A stretch of DNA of 53,903 nt from a virus (lineage: Duplodnaviria > Caudoviricetes): positions 1-53,903 of the IMG/VR virus record IMGVR_UViG_3300028284_000009. The stretch is one strand, 5' to 3'. The notes under the pieces are model-generated. The model did not search any database. It saw only the letters and a program-made list of their open reading frames with translations, and was not told the DNA's origin. Positions within the stretch are counted from its first letter, which is position 1, and each line of letters opens with the position of its first letter. This document shows, piece after piece, positions 1 through 7,339 of the stretch. The position numbers and the translations under genes are program-made.

Positions 1-220
1 TTGCAGCTTGTTTGTAATCTTCAGCTTCAATACTAGCCTTTAGATCTGATTCTAAATCTGTTATAAGATCCTTTGCGCCTGAAGTATTGTAAGTGTATAT
101 AATATTATTGCTTGACAACTGATCCATATCAATTTGAAACTGAGCATCGTATTCTTCTTGCCTTTTAAATATTATATCTGCTATTTTATTAGCTAACTTT
201 TCAATATCTTTGTCTGTCAT
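1..220 (-). CDS. Hypothetical protein with UvrB/UvrC (UVR)-like coiled-coil motif; runs off window edge
   Basis: Manual translation MTDKDIEKLANKIADIIFKRQEEY...LESDLKASIEAEDYKQAA; the last part resembles the UVR motif; not in ORF track. Confidence 0.65.
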   Translation of the reverse strand, partial: MTDKDIEKLANKIADIIFKRQEEYDAQFQIDMDQLSSNNIIYTYNTSGAKDLITDLESDLKASIEAEDYKQAA

Positions 221-221
221 A

Positions 222-443
222 TTAGTATTTTCTGAATTTATACTCACCGATTACGTACTTGTTTATATATCTACCTTTTGATTCAGCTTCGCGTAAGCCG
301 TCGAATACATGCAATGGTACTTCGAAGTAATCATACTCTGATAAGTTCTTAAACTTCAGTGTTAACGTGCTATTGTCCCTGTTGAATTTAGCTTTACTGA
401 TAGCTACTGAATCTACTTTAATTGTTTCTGTTAATGTGCTCAT
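222..443 (-). CDS. KTSC-domain protein
   Basis: S-x-AI-SKAKFN...TLTLKFKN..EYDYFEVP..VFDGL..AESKGRYIN matches the KTSC pattern; directly downstream of the repeat copy at 463. Confidence 0.85.
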   Translation of the reverse strand: MSTLTETIKVDSVAISKAKFNRDNSTLTLKFKNLSEYDYFEVPLHVFDGLREAESKGRYINKYVIGEYKFRKY

Positions 444-462
444 ATATATATATTTGGTTTAT

Positions 463-498
463 TATATTATCGTTCGCTGAACGTATTATTTTTGTAAA
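463..498 (-). promoter_or_regulatory. Early repeat/promoter copy 1
   Basis: + strand TATATTATC-gttcgctgaa-CGTATTATTTTTGTAAA, 20 nt upstream of the KTSC ATG. Confidence 0.8.
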
Positions 499-701
499 TC
501 CTGGTTTTTAAGCTCTGACTCCTTAGTCCATTTAGCCCATTTCTTTTTAATCCTTCTGTTTTCATTCATGATGACGCTACGATCAAGCATTCTGCTGCAT
601 TCAAAGCCAGTTATGCTGTTTACAAGCCTACCTTTTGACATAAGATCTTGCATTCTACGTCTTTGCATATCTTTGAACTGTTGTAATGTTTGATTTTCCA
701 T
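486..701 (-). CDS. Hypothetical early protein
   Basis: 71-aa ORF packed between neighbours; stop lies inside the repeat (ends LQK*). Confidence 0.7.
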   Translation of the reverse strand: MENQTLQQFKDMQRRRMQDLMSKGRLVNSITGFECSRMLDRSVIMNENRRIKKKWAKWTKESELKNQDLQK

Positions 702-702
702 A

Positions 703-1308
703 TTAGTGTATAATTAGTCCTACTTTATTTGTTTTATTAAACCATTTAGTTGCCATAAGGTCGATAGAAGATGCATCAGTATAACCGGCATCATCTAATT
801 CTGCCTTACTAGAGAATATTTTAGTGTGTCTGTGTTGGATTTTGTCTATCATATGCTTTTGTTTACCTGAATCGCTGAATATGATGTCGAAGTTACTAGG
901 CAGAGATGTGTATAGCATCATCTCGACCATGTTAGTATAACTATAAAACTTAACCTCTGGAAATAATAAGGCGATGTCGATCCATTTGTTTAGATATTTT
1001 TTAGAATAATAATCGCCTGAGTCGTGTACCCTTACATAGTCTGGTTTCTTTTTAACTATTTCTGAGTACATTTTATTAACAAAGTCATCTGTCTTAGATA
1101 ATTGATAACGCTTTTCGAACGCTGGTTGTACATTAGACCAGATGTATGCGCCTTTTTTAGCATAACAAAACTTGACACAAGCATCTGCCATAGGGCATGT
1201 TAGTTTGCCTGATGCAGATTTATAAGCTGGTATACCAAAGTTGAATACACGGACACCTAGCGATTTAGATGTCTTTTTTAATTTTGAGTTTTGAGTTAGT
1301 AAATTCAT
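703..1308 (-). CDS. GP88-family (radical-SAM-like Cys-motif) phage protein
   Basis: N-terminal NSKLKK, CPMADACVKFCYAKKG and RVHDSGDYY, FYSYT motifs. Confidence 0.8.
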   Translation of the reverse strand: MNLLTQNSKLKKTSKSLGVRVFNFGIPAYKSASGKLTCPMADACVKFCYAKKGAYIWSNVQPAFEKRYQLSKTDDFVNKMYSEIVKKKPDYVRVHDSGDYYSKKYLNKWIDIALLFPEVKFYSYTNMVEMMLYTSLPSNFDIIFSDSGKQKHMIDKIQHRHTKIFSSKAELDDAGYTDASSIDLMATKWFNKTNKVGLIIH

Positions 1309-1323
1309 GATGTATTATTTTAA

Positions 1324-1359
1324 TATATTATCTTACTTGTGTCGTATTATTTTTGTAAC
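1324..1359 (-). promoter_or_regulatory. Early repeat/promoter copy 2
   Basis: TATATTATC-ttacttgtgt-CGTATTATTTTTGTAAC upstream of the GP88-like ATG. Confidence 0.8.
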
Positions 1360-1712
1360 TATTCTTCGTCGTCAATTATATTGAATAAGTATTCAACACT
1401 GTCTGATATAGATTCAGCAAGGTCATCAGCTGCGTCAAACTCAATATTGCTTAACTGTATTCTATTGTCATAATCTATTTCTAACTCATAAGAATAAGAG
1501 TCTGATCTATCAAAATCATAGTTGCTAATTGTTTGAGTAATAGCTTCTCTGATTTCATCTACAGTTTCCTTAGTTATTTTAGGTAGATTAATTTTTTCTA
1601 GTGCGACTTTTGCAAGTGATAGCTCTTTACTCATCTGAGTTGAGTCTTGTTTAGCTTGTGCTAGTAATGTTTCTAATGATTTGATTCTGTTTTCTAATAC
1701 TTGTGCTTCCAT
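1359..1712 (-). CDS. Hypothetical protein, N-terminal coiled coil, acidic C-terminus
   Basis: 117-aa ORF in operon. Confidence 0.75.
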   Translation of the reverse strand: MEAQVLENRIKSLETLLAQAKQDSTQMSKELSLAKVALEKINLPKITKETVDEIREAITQTISNYDFDRSDSYSYELEIDYDNRIQLSNIEFDAADDLAESISDSVEYLFNIIDDEE

Positions 1713-1715
1713 AAT

Positions 1716-1946
1716 TTATTCTTTATTTGATTTTTCTATTAATTCTGTTATATATTGCCATACTTGTAATTCAATTCTACTACCTTTGAGCACTAGCTCT
1801 AGTTCTTCAGCACTGATAGGACCAGTATTGTTAGTTTTTATATCGTCTTCTAGCTGCTCAATATCAATCTTTAACATTGTGGATTTGGCAAATGCTTTAT
1901 CGCTAGCTCTGTTTTGTAGTTCGTATCTGTTAATCATCTCTTTCAT
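1716..1946 (-). CDS. Hypothetical protein
   Basis: 76-aa ORF in operon. Confidence 0.7.
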   Translation of the reverse strand: MKEMINRYELQNRASDKAFAKSTMLKIDIEQLEDDIKTNNTGPISAEELELVLKGSRIELQVWQYITELIEKSNKE

Positions 1947-2169
1947 TTAAAATGTTATCGCCATACTTTAGATCCCATACGCTAGTTTTTATTAAATCTA
2001 TGTTTGCGAAAGTGTATATACTACCTATAGTGCTTAGTGATAAGTCATTATAGAAATACTCACTACTTAACGTTACTAATATTTTATCTACACTACTAGA
2101 ATATCTGTCTCTGTTTGATTCTAATTGTAGTTTTACTTCTGGCTTTAATCTTTCTAATAGGTTTTTCAT
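1930..2169 (-). CDS. Hypothetical protein
   Basis: 79-aa ORF downstream of repeat copy 3. Confidence 0.7.
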   Translation of the reverse strand: MKNLLERLKPEVKLQLESNRDRYSSSVDKILVTLSSEYFYNDLSLSTIGSIYTFANIDLIKTSVWDLKYGDNILNERDD

Positions 2170-2193
2170 TGTTTATTTTTTATTTGTTACATA

Positions 2194-2229
2194 TATATTA
2201 TCATATGGTGATCGTATTTTGTTTGTAAA
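2194..2229 (-). promoter_or_regulatory. Early repeat/promoter copy 3
   Basis: TATATTATC-atatggtgat-CGTATTTTGTTTGTAAA. Confidence 0.8.
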
Positions 2230-2231
2230 GG

Positions 2232-2417
2232 CTAAAAGTCATAACCAAAGTCTTTCATAACTCTTTTTATGTGAATTATATCTTCACATAGCTCTAGTAT
2301 TTCTTCAAAATAGTCGTTATCTGTTATTTCGTCTAATTGTTCTTTTAAATCGTCGTCTTCGAAGGATCTACTTAGGTTTGCTTCGAATTCTTGTAGTTCT
2401 TGATAAAGGTATTTCAT
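2232..2417 (-). CDS. Small acidic hypothetical protein
   Basis: 61-aa D/E-rich ORF. Confidence 0.7.
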   Translation of the reverse strand: MKYLYQELQEFEANLSRSFEDDDLKEQLDEITDNDYFEEILELCEDIIHIKRVMKDFGYDF

Positions 2418-2422
2418 ATTGT

Positions 2423-2758
2423 TTAGTTTTTAATTGTTGATGGGTTTCTTTTATAAGAAGTTGTATCGTAGTATGCTTGTTTAAAATCCCACATAAGATC
2501 TTGTTCGAACTTTTCAAAAGAATCCTCGCCATATAATTTTCCGTATAATTCTTTGAAGCCTTGGTATCTACAGTATTTACCGTTGATTTCGTATGATAAC
2601 TCGATGTCGTTTATCTCGTGATCGTAATCCTCGTTATTCATGTTGAAGTTAACATAACTCCATACGGTTGCATTTACTTTGAATAAATCTAAGTCTTTAG
2701 TGAATCCAGTGCTTAAACTGTAGCTTTTTTCTTCGAATGTTTTAATCATTTTACTCAT
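2423..2758 (-). CDS. Hypothetical protein
   Basis: 111-aa ORF in operon. Confidence 0.7.
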   Translation of the reverse strand: MSKMIKTFEEKSYSLSTGFTKDLDLFKVNATVWSYVNFNMNNEDYDHEINDIELSYEINGKYCRYQGFKELYGKLYGEDSFEKFEQDLMWDFKQAYYDTTSYKRNPSTIKN

Positions 2759-2777
2759 ATCATTTAATTTAATTAGT

Positions 2778-3025
2778 TAGTAACTAGTGAGGAATCGAAC
2801 CTCATACCCGTCGGTAGCCTGACCTAAAGATCACCTGACCTAGTTCCACTAGCAATTCACTTATGTAATTTAGGTACCATTTGTCGTGGTATCTTTACAG
2901 CATTCGCCCACCTAAATCCTAATTAAGTTACTCGTCTAGTTATAACACCATTCCAGGATCTTCGTCAGCTTAACAATTTATACTACCATTGCCGTACTGA
3001 GCCCCACAAAGTGTTTGTTGTGTTG
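2778..3025 (-). ncRNA. Candidate structured ncRNA with tRNA-like acceptor stem and T-arm
   Basis: About 250 nt without a convincing ORF, behind repeat copy 4; T-arm TGAGG-TTCGATT-CCTCA (2804-2788) followed by CTAGTTA, which pairs 7/7 with TAACTAG (2942-2936); several internal stems. Confidence 0.6.
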
Positions 3026-3032
3026 TTACATA

Positions 3033-3068
3033 TATATTATCCTGCTTGTGTCGTATTTTTTTTGTATT
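3033..3068 (-). promoter_or_regulatory. Early repeat/promoter copy 4
   Basis: TATATTATC-ctgcttgtgt-CGTATTTTTTTTGTATT; points into the non-coding structured region. Confidence 0.75.
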
Positions 3069-3255
3069 TCTTTTGACCTAGATTTAGATCTTGATACATA
3101 CGGCTAACTACACGGTGCATAAGCTCGGTGTGTATAGCAGCAAACTCGTCGCCGTCCTCTATGATATGATCACCATCAAGTTCCCATTCACATACTTCTG
3201 ATAGTTTATCTAACATTGTAACGGATATTCTATTTACTTTTAATTGTGTCTTCAT
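3037..3255 (-). CDS. Hypothetical protein
   Basis: 72-aa ORF; C-terminus reads through repeat copy 4. Confidence 0.65.
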   Translation of the reverse strand: MKTQLKVNRISVTMLDKLSEVCEWELDGDHIIEDGDEFAAIHTELMHRVVSRMYQDLNLGQKKYKKNTTQAG

Positions 3256-3461
3256 TATAATATTCTTTTTAGTTGTTCTTTAATTAATAGTATATCTTCG
3301 TCAGTTACTTCCCCAATCTCGCACATGCTTTCCCGTTCAAATATAATATCGTACATTGCTTCATGAAAATGGTTACCCACTATTTCATCTAAGCGATTAG
3401 CGATGTCTTTAATTTCTTCCCATGTTAACTTCATCTTGTTTTTTTTCTTTAAGTCTTTCAT
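3255..3461 (-). CDS. Hypothetical protein
   Basis: 68-aa ORF coupled to neighbours. Confidence 0.65.
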   Translation of the reverse strand: MKDLKKKNKMKLTWEEIKDIANRLDEIVGNHFHEAMYDIIFERESMCEIGEVTDEDILLIKEQLKRIL

Positions 3462-3748
3462 ATTAGTTCTAGTTTTTCAATTAATTCTTTTGATTTTTTA
3501 GCTACCATAGCATCGATGTAAGACTTTTTTAATGATTTTAATAAAGCTTCTTTAAACCTGTAGTGATTCATACAAGATGATGAGTGGTGTGAATGACCTA
3601 CTACTTCGTCAGATAGATCGAACCATCCACCACCACCGTACTTGTCTGTTAAAAATTCTAATGATCTTGCAAAGCTAGTTACCACTTGCTCTAGTTCTTC
3701 TTCAGCAGATTTTTTTAGTCTTTTTTCTATTTGATTTAAGTCTTTCAT
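3458..3748 (-). CDS. Hypothetical protein
   Basis: ORF track gives 3458-3820; ATG at 3748 (MKDLNQ) abuts the upstream stop and is the more likely start. Confidence 0.65.
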   Translation of the reverse strand: MKDLNQIEKRLKKSAEEELEQVVTSFARSLEFLTDKYGGGGWFDLSDEVVGHSHHSSSCMNHYRFKEALLKSLKKSYIDAMVAKKSKELIEKLELI

Positions 3749-3749
3749 A

Positions 3750-4043
3750 CTATTGACAGTTTTTTTGGTTAAATGCGTAAAGAAGTTTAATTCTATCGAT
3801 GTGATCTGGCACAAGTTCACGCTTGAAATTTACCCACAATGGATTGTTCTCATTTACATACGGTGTTTTCTTGTTGATTTGATAGAATAAACGCTTTTTG
3901 TGGTACCAGTTTTCACCTTTTGTACTTACTCGTACATAACCTGACTCAGATACTGTACCTGTTCTGCCGTCTGACATTTCGAAGTGTAAACTTCCTTTGC
4001 TTGTGATTTTAATTAGTTTCATATTATTTATTTTTAGTTTCAT
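3750..4043 (-). CDS. Hypothetical basic protein
   Basis: 97-aa ORF (start possibly 4022) downstream of repeat copy 5. Confidence 0.7.
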   Translation of the reverse strand: MKLKINNMKLIKITSKGSLHFEMSDGRTGTVSESGYVRVSTKGENWYHKKRLFYQINKKTPYVNENNPLWVNFKRELVPDHIDRIKLLYAFNQKNCQ

Positions 4044-4044
4044 A

Positions 4045-4080
4045 TATATTATCTACGAGTGATCGTATTATTTTTGTAAA
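4045..4080 (-). promoter_or_regulatory. Early repeat/promoter copy 5
   Basis: TATATTATC-tacgagtgat-CGTATTATTTTTGTAAA. Confidence 0.8.
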
Positions 4081-4454
4081 AAGTAACTCTGCTGAATAAA
4101 CTCTAGTTGCTCTTCGTTAAGATCGCTCCAGTTCACACCGTACTCGATGCTAGCTATAGTGTTTAACGCTTTGATACCGATAGCTCGCCTGCCGGAGTTG
4201 TTAATCTGCTGCTTGATGCTTGTGTATAGCACTTGATCTGTCACTGGAAATACTTTATGTACACCATGAAGAACAGTTGCATAGTTTTTATTTAGCTCGT
4301 TACCGATAGTTTCGAAAGTATCGTTAGTATATTCTCGACACAGCTTATAAAATAAAGCTCGAGCATCTGAGTGATAACGTTTTCTACCTTCAATACTTAA
4401 ATTGAAGCCAACATTGTCTTCTACTATATCTCTTATTTGCTTTATGTTAATCAT
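4068..4454 (-). CDS. Stand-alone DnaA C-terminal (domain IV)-like helix-turn-helix protein
   Basis: GRKRYHSDARALFYKLCREYTNDTFETIGNELNKNYATVLHG aligns by eye with DnaA R-x-R...ARQIAMYL.R..T..SL..IG..FG-RDHTTVLHA. Confidence 0.75.
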   Translation of the reverse strand: MINIKQIRDIVEDNVGFNLSIEGRKRYHSDARALFYKLCREYTNDTFETIGNELNKNYATVLHGVHKVFPVTDQVLYTSIKQQINNSGRRAIGIKALNTIASIEYGVNWSDLNEEQLEFIQQSYFLQK

Positions 4455-4764
4455 TTGCTTGTATTTTAGCTACTAATGTTTGTAAGAACCAGTCACAGCT
4501 TGAGCTGCCGCCAACACTCCATGTTGTTAGTGATTTTTTAGTATATTTCTTATCATAAGTTTTCCAGTCATACACTCTGAATACTTTATCGGTGTATAGT
4601 ACAACCCACTGATACTGTACTTTGCCGTCGCCTGAATTGCTTGGCTTGAAAGTTGGTTTGCCTAATGCTTTTTTTATCTGCTGGTAGGTAAAACCATTTA
4701 ATTCACCTACCTTGTAACCGTTAAGGTTTACGTTATCTAACTCGTCTATGTTTAGTTTTCTCAT
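4447..4764 (-). CDS. Hypothetical phage protein
   Basis: 105 aa with LGKPT..GDGKV.YQW..RVYDWK..WSVGG. Confidence 0.75.
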   Translation of the reverse strand: MRKLNIDELDNVNLNGYKVGELNGFTYQQIKKALGKPTFKPSNSGDGKVQYQWVVLYTDKVFRVYDWKTYDKKYTKKSLTTWSVGGSSSCDWFLQTLVAKIQAND

Positions 4765-4765
4765 A

Positions 4766-4942
4766 TTATTCCGCTATCCAAGTTAAACCTTTGTAATTGA
4801 ACCATTCTGTTATACCATCTTTGTCTTCGTTCTCGTCGTAGATAAAGCCAAAAGACTTAGGAATTTCACTGATACTATAGCCTCTGTATACTGTGTCTTG
4901 ATATATTAACTTTGTCTTACTTTTAAATTTTAATGCTTGCAT
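4766..4942 (-). CDS. Small hypothetical protein (58 aa)
   Basis: Manual translation MQALKFKSKTKLIYQDTVYRGY...FNYKGLTWIAE; follows repeat copy 6. Confidence 0.7.
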   Translation of the reverse strand: MQALKFKSKTKLIYQDTVYRGYSISEIPKSFGFIYDENEDKDGITEWFNYKGLTWIAE

Positions 4943-4964
4943 GTTATATATTTTTAATTACATT

Positions 4965-5000
4965 TATATTATCTTGCTCGTGATGTATTATTTTTGTGAT
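4965..5000 (-). promoter_or_regulatory. Early repeat/promoter copy 6 (degenerate)
   Basis: TATATTATC-ttgctcgtga-TGTATTATTTTTGTGAT. Confidence 0.7.
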
Positions 5001-5170
5001 AGTAACGCTCTTGCTTTGTTCGCTATGTCCCAACACTCATAGTATCTTCTTCTGTTTTCCCTCTCGTCTAACACATCTCGGATACCATCATCTTTAAATT
5101 GTTCCATTAACGCTTCCATACCTAGTATCACTAAGCTTAATTCATTCTTGTCTAGTTTCATATTATACAT
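4988..5170 (-). CDS. Hypothetical protein
   Basis: 60-aa ORF ending SQK* inside the repeat. Confidence 0.65.
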   Translation of the reverse strand: MYNMKLDKNELSLVILGMEALMEQFKDDGIRDVLDERENRRRYYECWDIANKARALLSQK

Positions 5171-5315
5171 TATTAGTTTTATACTCTTTTAACCACCTTG
5201 AAATACCTTTTTGTTGCTCGGTCATTTCAGGTTCTACTACATTCACTCGTGTTACTTGTACATACTTTGTACCATCTGCTTTGGTTTTCACCTCTGATTT
5301 ATACTCTGTACTCAT
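5163..5315 (-). CDS. Small protein (50 aa), paralog of 6813-6944
   Basis: MSTEYKSEVKTKADGTKYVQVTRVNVVEPEMTEQQKGISRWLKEYKTNNV. Confidence 0.75.
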   Translation of the reverse strand: MSTEYKSEVKTKADGTKYVQVTRVNVVEPEMTEQQKGISRWLKEYKTNNV

Positions 5316-5316
5316 A

Positions 5317-5484
5317 TTACTTGATTAATCCGCCTACAGTACTGAATGACTCTGGGTTTTGTAGTAGTTTGGTTACTATTAAACCGACACCGCTTACCGT
5401 TAAGACTGTTAGTGATACCATAACTGCTTTGATAGCTACGCTTGTAATTGTTATTAAAGTTTTGTGGAAAAATTCTCTATTCAT
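5317..5484 (-). CDS. Small membrane protein (55 aa)
   Basis: MNREFFHKTLITITSVAIKAVMVSLTVLTVSGVGLIVTKLLQ...; long hydrophobic segment. Confidence 0.65.
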   Translation of the reverse strand: MNREFFHKTLITITSVAIKAVMVSLTVLTVSGVGLIVTKLLQNPESFSTVGGLIK

Positions 5485-5487
5485 AGT

Positions 5488-5640
5488 TTATTTATATTTT
5501 TGTATAAGTTTATTAATTTCGCTTAGGTTTGAGAAGTGATAGTGATATATTACTTCTTTAGTTATTGAGTTTAAGATACTAAAGTCATACATTTTAAGTG
5601 TTGAGCAATAGTAGATTTTAAAGAATACTTTGTTTGACAT
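5488..5640 (-). CDS. Small hypothetical protein
   Basis: Start moved to the ATG at 5640 (MSNKVFF), just downstream of repeat copy 7. Confidence 0.6.
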   Translation of the reverse strand: MSNKVFFKIYYCSTLKMYDFSILNSITKEVIYHYHFSNLSEINKLIQKYK

Positions 5641-5664
5641 GGTGTATTTATTTTTAGTTACATA

Positions 5665-5700
5665 TATATTATCCGTGAGCGGACGTAATTTGTTTGTAAA
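5665..5700 (-). promoter_or_regulatory. Early repeat/promoter copy 7
   Basis: TATATTATC-cgtgagcgga-CGTAATTTGTTTGTAAA. Confidence 0.8.
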
Positions 5701-5872
5701 GGTCATTTACTAAATCTTCTTCATTGTCACCGTCTTCTAGTACACAGTCAGTTTCTACGAACGCTTGTATTCTATCATAAAGATCTTCACCTGATACGTA
5801 AGAACTTGTGAATTGAAAGTAGTTTATGGTTTCTTCATTCCATAAATAAGTTTTATTTCTTGTATTACTCAT
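5669..5872 (-). CDS. Small acidic hypothetical protein
   Basis: 67-aa ORF whose 3' end reads through repeat copy 7. Confidence 0.65.
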   Translation of the reverse strand: MSNTRNKTYLWNEETINYFQFTSSYVSGEDLYDRIQAFVETDCVLEDGDNEEDLVNDLYKQITSAHG

Positions 5873-5882
5873 AGTATTTTAT

Positions 5883-5978
5883 TTATTCTTCATCATCAAA
5901 TTCTGCCCACTCTTGGCAATCTCCACATAGTTCGTCGCTTAAAAAGCTTGGCTCGGCGCCACAACAGTTACTCATCAT
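5883..5978 (-). CDS. Mini Cys-rich (zinc-ribbon-like) protein, 31 aa
   Basis: MMSNCCGAEPSFLSDELCGDCQEWAEFDDEE: CC plus CxxC. Confidence 0.65.
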   Translation of the reverse strand: MMSNCCGAEPSFLSDELCGDCQEWAEFDDEE

Positions 5979-6081
5979 AGTTTTCTGGTTTTAGTAGAAA
6001 GAAAATATCATCGGAGACAGTTTGAAAGTACTTATCAAAGCAATCTAGTTCTTCATTGAAGTTATATTCTTTTTTAAGCAT
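5968..6081 (-). CDS. Small hypothetical protein (37 aa)
   Basis: MLKKEYNFNEELDCFDKYFQTVSDDIFFLLKPENYDE, downstream of repeat copy 8. Confidence 0.5.
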   Translation of the reverse strand: MLKKEYNFNEELDCFDKYFQTVSDDIFFLLKPENYDE

Positions 6082-6136
6082 ACATGTTTATAATACGATT
6101 ACTTTTATAAACATATATATTTATATTAGTTTCATT

Positions 6137-6172
6137 TATATTATCTACGAGTAGACGTATTTCATTTGTAGA
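6137..6172 (-). promoter_or_regulatory. Early repeat/promoter copy 8
   Basis: TATATTATC-tacgagtaga-CGTATTTCATTTGTAGA. Confidence 0.75.
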
Positions 6173-6271
6173 CAGTGTTTTCACTGACTCTAACACACCG
6201 TAACTTGTTTATATACATAGATATAAGAATACTATATTTTACTCAGTTAGAGGTGTTGTTTTATTTGTGTG

Positions 6272-6305
6272 AAAAAAAAGGAGTAGAGTAGTAACACCAC
6301 TCCTC
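6272..6305 (-). terminator. Probable intrinsic terminator
   Basis: Minus strand GAGGAGTGGT-GTT-ACTACTC-TACTCC followed by a T run, just after the 6321-6548 stop. Confidence 0.5.
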
Positions 6306-6320
6306 TTAGTGTCTCAAGAG

Positions 6321-6548
6321 TTAAATTATTACTTTATCTCTCAATATTACTGGTATTGAAGAAGAAGAAGTGTATGATTTATACTTTTTAAAACATTCCA
6401 TTACTTCTAATTTTTCTTTCATTATCTCAAAGGCGAGGTCATGGTTGTAGGTGGCAGTTTTACCATTTTTGAATGTTACTTCAATTACTTGGTTTTTACC
6501 AATTAGTGACTTTCTAATTACAAATCTTTTACTTTTTAAATTTTCCAT
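6321..6548 (-). CDS. Basic 75-aa protein, paralog of 7340-7567
   Basis: LKSKRFVIRKSLIGKNQVIEVTFK...YNHD...KYKSYTSS.SIPVILRDK is shared with the second copy. Confidence 0.85.
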   Translation of the reverse strand: MENLKSKRFVIRKSLIGKNQVIEVTFKNGKTATYNHDLAFEIMKEKLEVMECFKKYKSYTSSSSIPVILRDKVII

Positions 6549-6592
6549 TGTTTAAGTTATTTAAGTTATTATTATTATTTTTTGGTTACATA

Positions 6593-6628
6593 TATATTAT
6601 CTATAAGTGGACGTATTATTTTTGTAAA
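6593..6628 (-). promoter_or_regulatory. Early repeat/promoter copy 9
   Basis: TATATTATC-tataagtgga-CGTATTATTTTTGTAAA. Confidence 0.8.
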
Positions 6629-6647
6629 TTTGTCAAGCAGAGCGAGG

Positions 6648-6738
6648 TGCTATACACAAGAGTGTCTATTAAATATTATCTTAAGCGAAGCGTAATTTCT
6701 TTGTAAAAAGCGAAGTGCTATACACTATGCTATACACA
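6648..6738 (+). repeat. Cluster of three TGCTATACAC(A/T) boxes
   Basis: Copies at 6648, 6716 and 6728; further copies at 907, 3129, 4221 (minus) and a variant at 7938. Confidence 0.75.
6672..6707 (-). promoter_or_regulatory. Early repeat/promoter copy 10 (tandem with copy 9)
   Basis: AATATTATC-ttaagcgaag-CGTAATTTCTTTGTAAA. Confidence 0.7.
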
Positions 6739-6761
6739 GCGAGTTGCTGCGTTATGTAAAG

Positions 6762-6809
6762 TGTGACATTAGGGTCTTAATGATTAGATAGTAAGGGGCA
6801 ATTGTCACA
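6762..6809. repeat. Imperfect inverted-repeat element, copy A
   Basis: TGTGACATTAG...AGTAAGGGGCAATTGTCACA; related to 8151-8195 and the half-site at 7992-8010. Confidence 0.7.
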
Positions 6810-6812
6810 GTT

Positions 6813-6944
6813 TTATTTGTATTGCTCTAACCATCTCATGATACCCTTTTGTTCGTCAGTGAAGGGTGTTTCTTCTTTGTTTATTCGTGTTATTTGCACA
6901 CATTTAGTACCATCAGGTCGGGTGATAATTTCTTTTTTATACAT
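6813..6944 (-). CDS. Small protein (43 aa), paralog of 5163-5315
   Basis: MYKKEIITRPDGTKCVQITRINKEETPFTDEQKGIMRWLEQYK. Confidence 0.75.
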   Translation of the reverse strand: MYKKEIITRPDGTKCVQITRINKEETPFTDEQKGIMRWLEQYK

Positions 6945-6948
6945 AATG

Positions 6949-7062
6949 TTATACTGGAATGTATGGAGTGGATGTCTTCAATCCCCAGATTATTAGTGTC
7001 CAAAATATTGCAGTTATCACAACTACCATTATAAAAAACTTTGTTTCTTCTGATATTTTCAT
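6949..7062 (-). CDS. Small membrane protein (37 aa)
   Basis: MKISEETKFFIMVVVITAIFWTLIIWGLKTSTPYIPV, one TM helix. Confidence 0.65.
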   Translation of the reverse strand: MKISEETKFFIMVVVITAIFWTLIIWGLKTSTPYIPV

Positions 7063-7063
7063 A

Positions 7064-7270
7064 TTATATTTGTTTTAGTAATTCAGTTAATCTTTCAGTA
7101 TTAGTGTAGTTTAGTTTATCATCAAACCAATCTTGATTTACTATGTTATTGTTTAAGAAGTAATCGAATATGTTGTTTTCGTTTGTTACATTATCTTCAC
7201 TTCCCCAGTATTCTGGATTTGTATTTAGTTTGTTAATTTCGTTTGTGATTACATTTTTAGTTACTTGCAT
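7064..7270 (-). CDS. Asn-rich hypothetical protein
   Basis: 68-aa ORF downstream of repeat copy 11. Confidence 0.7.
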   Translation of the reverse strand: MQVTKNVITNEINKLNTNPEYWGSEDNVTNENNIFDYFLNNNIVNQDWFDDKLNYTNTERLTELLKQI

Positions 7271-7292
7271 AGTTTATTTGTTTAGTTACATT

Positions 7293-7328
7293 TATATTAT
7301 CTTTGTGCATTCGTATTACTTTTGTAAA
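7293..7328 (-). promoter_or_regulatory. Early repeat/promoter copy 11
   Basis: TATATTATC-tttgtgcatt-CGTATTACTTTTGTAAA. Confidence 0.8.
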
Positions 7329-7339
7329 ATACTGAGAGA

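Noticed and set aside
2778-2846. Canonical or amber-suppressor tRNA
   Set aside because: T-arm is good, but there is no proper D-arm or 7-nt anticodon loop (CTA sits in a 3-nt loop) and no encoded CCA
2945-2975. Hammerhead ribozyme (CTGACGA on minus strand)
   Set aside because: No stem II followed by GAAA
1681-7034. Plus-strand ORFs 1681-1950, 5198-5539, 6802-6996, 6849-7034
   Set aside because: Antisense shadows of better-supported minus-strand genes, including small ones missing from the ORF track
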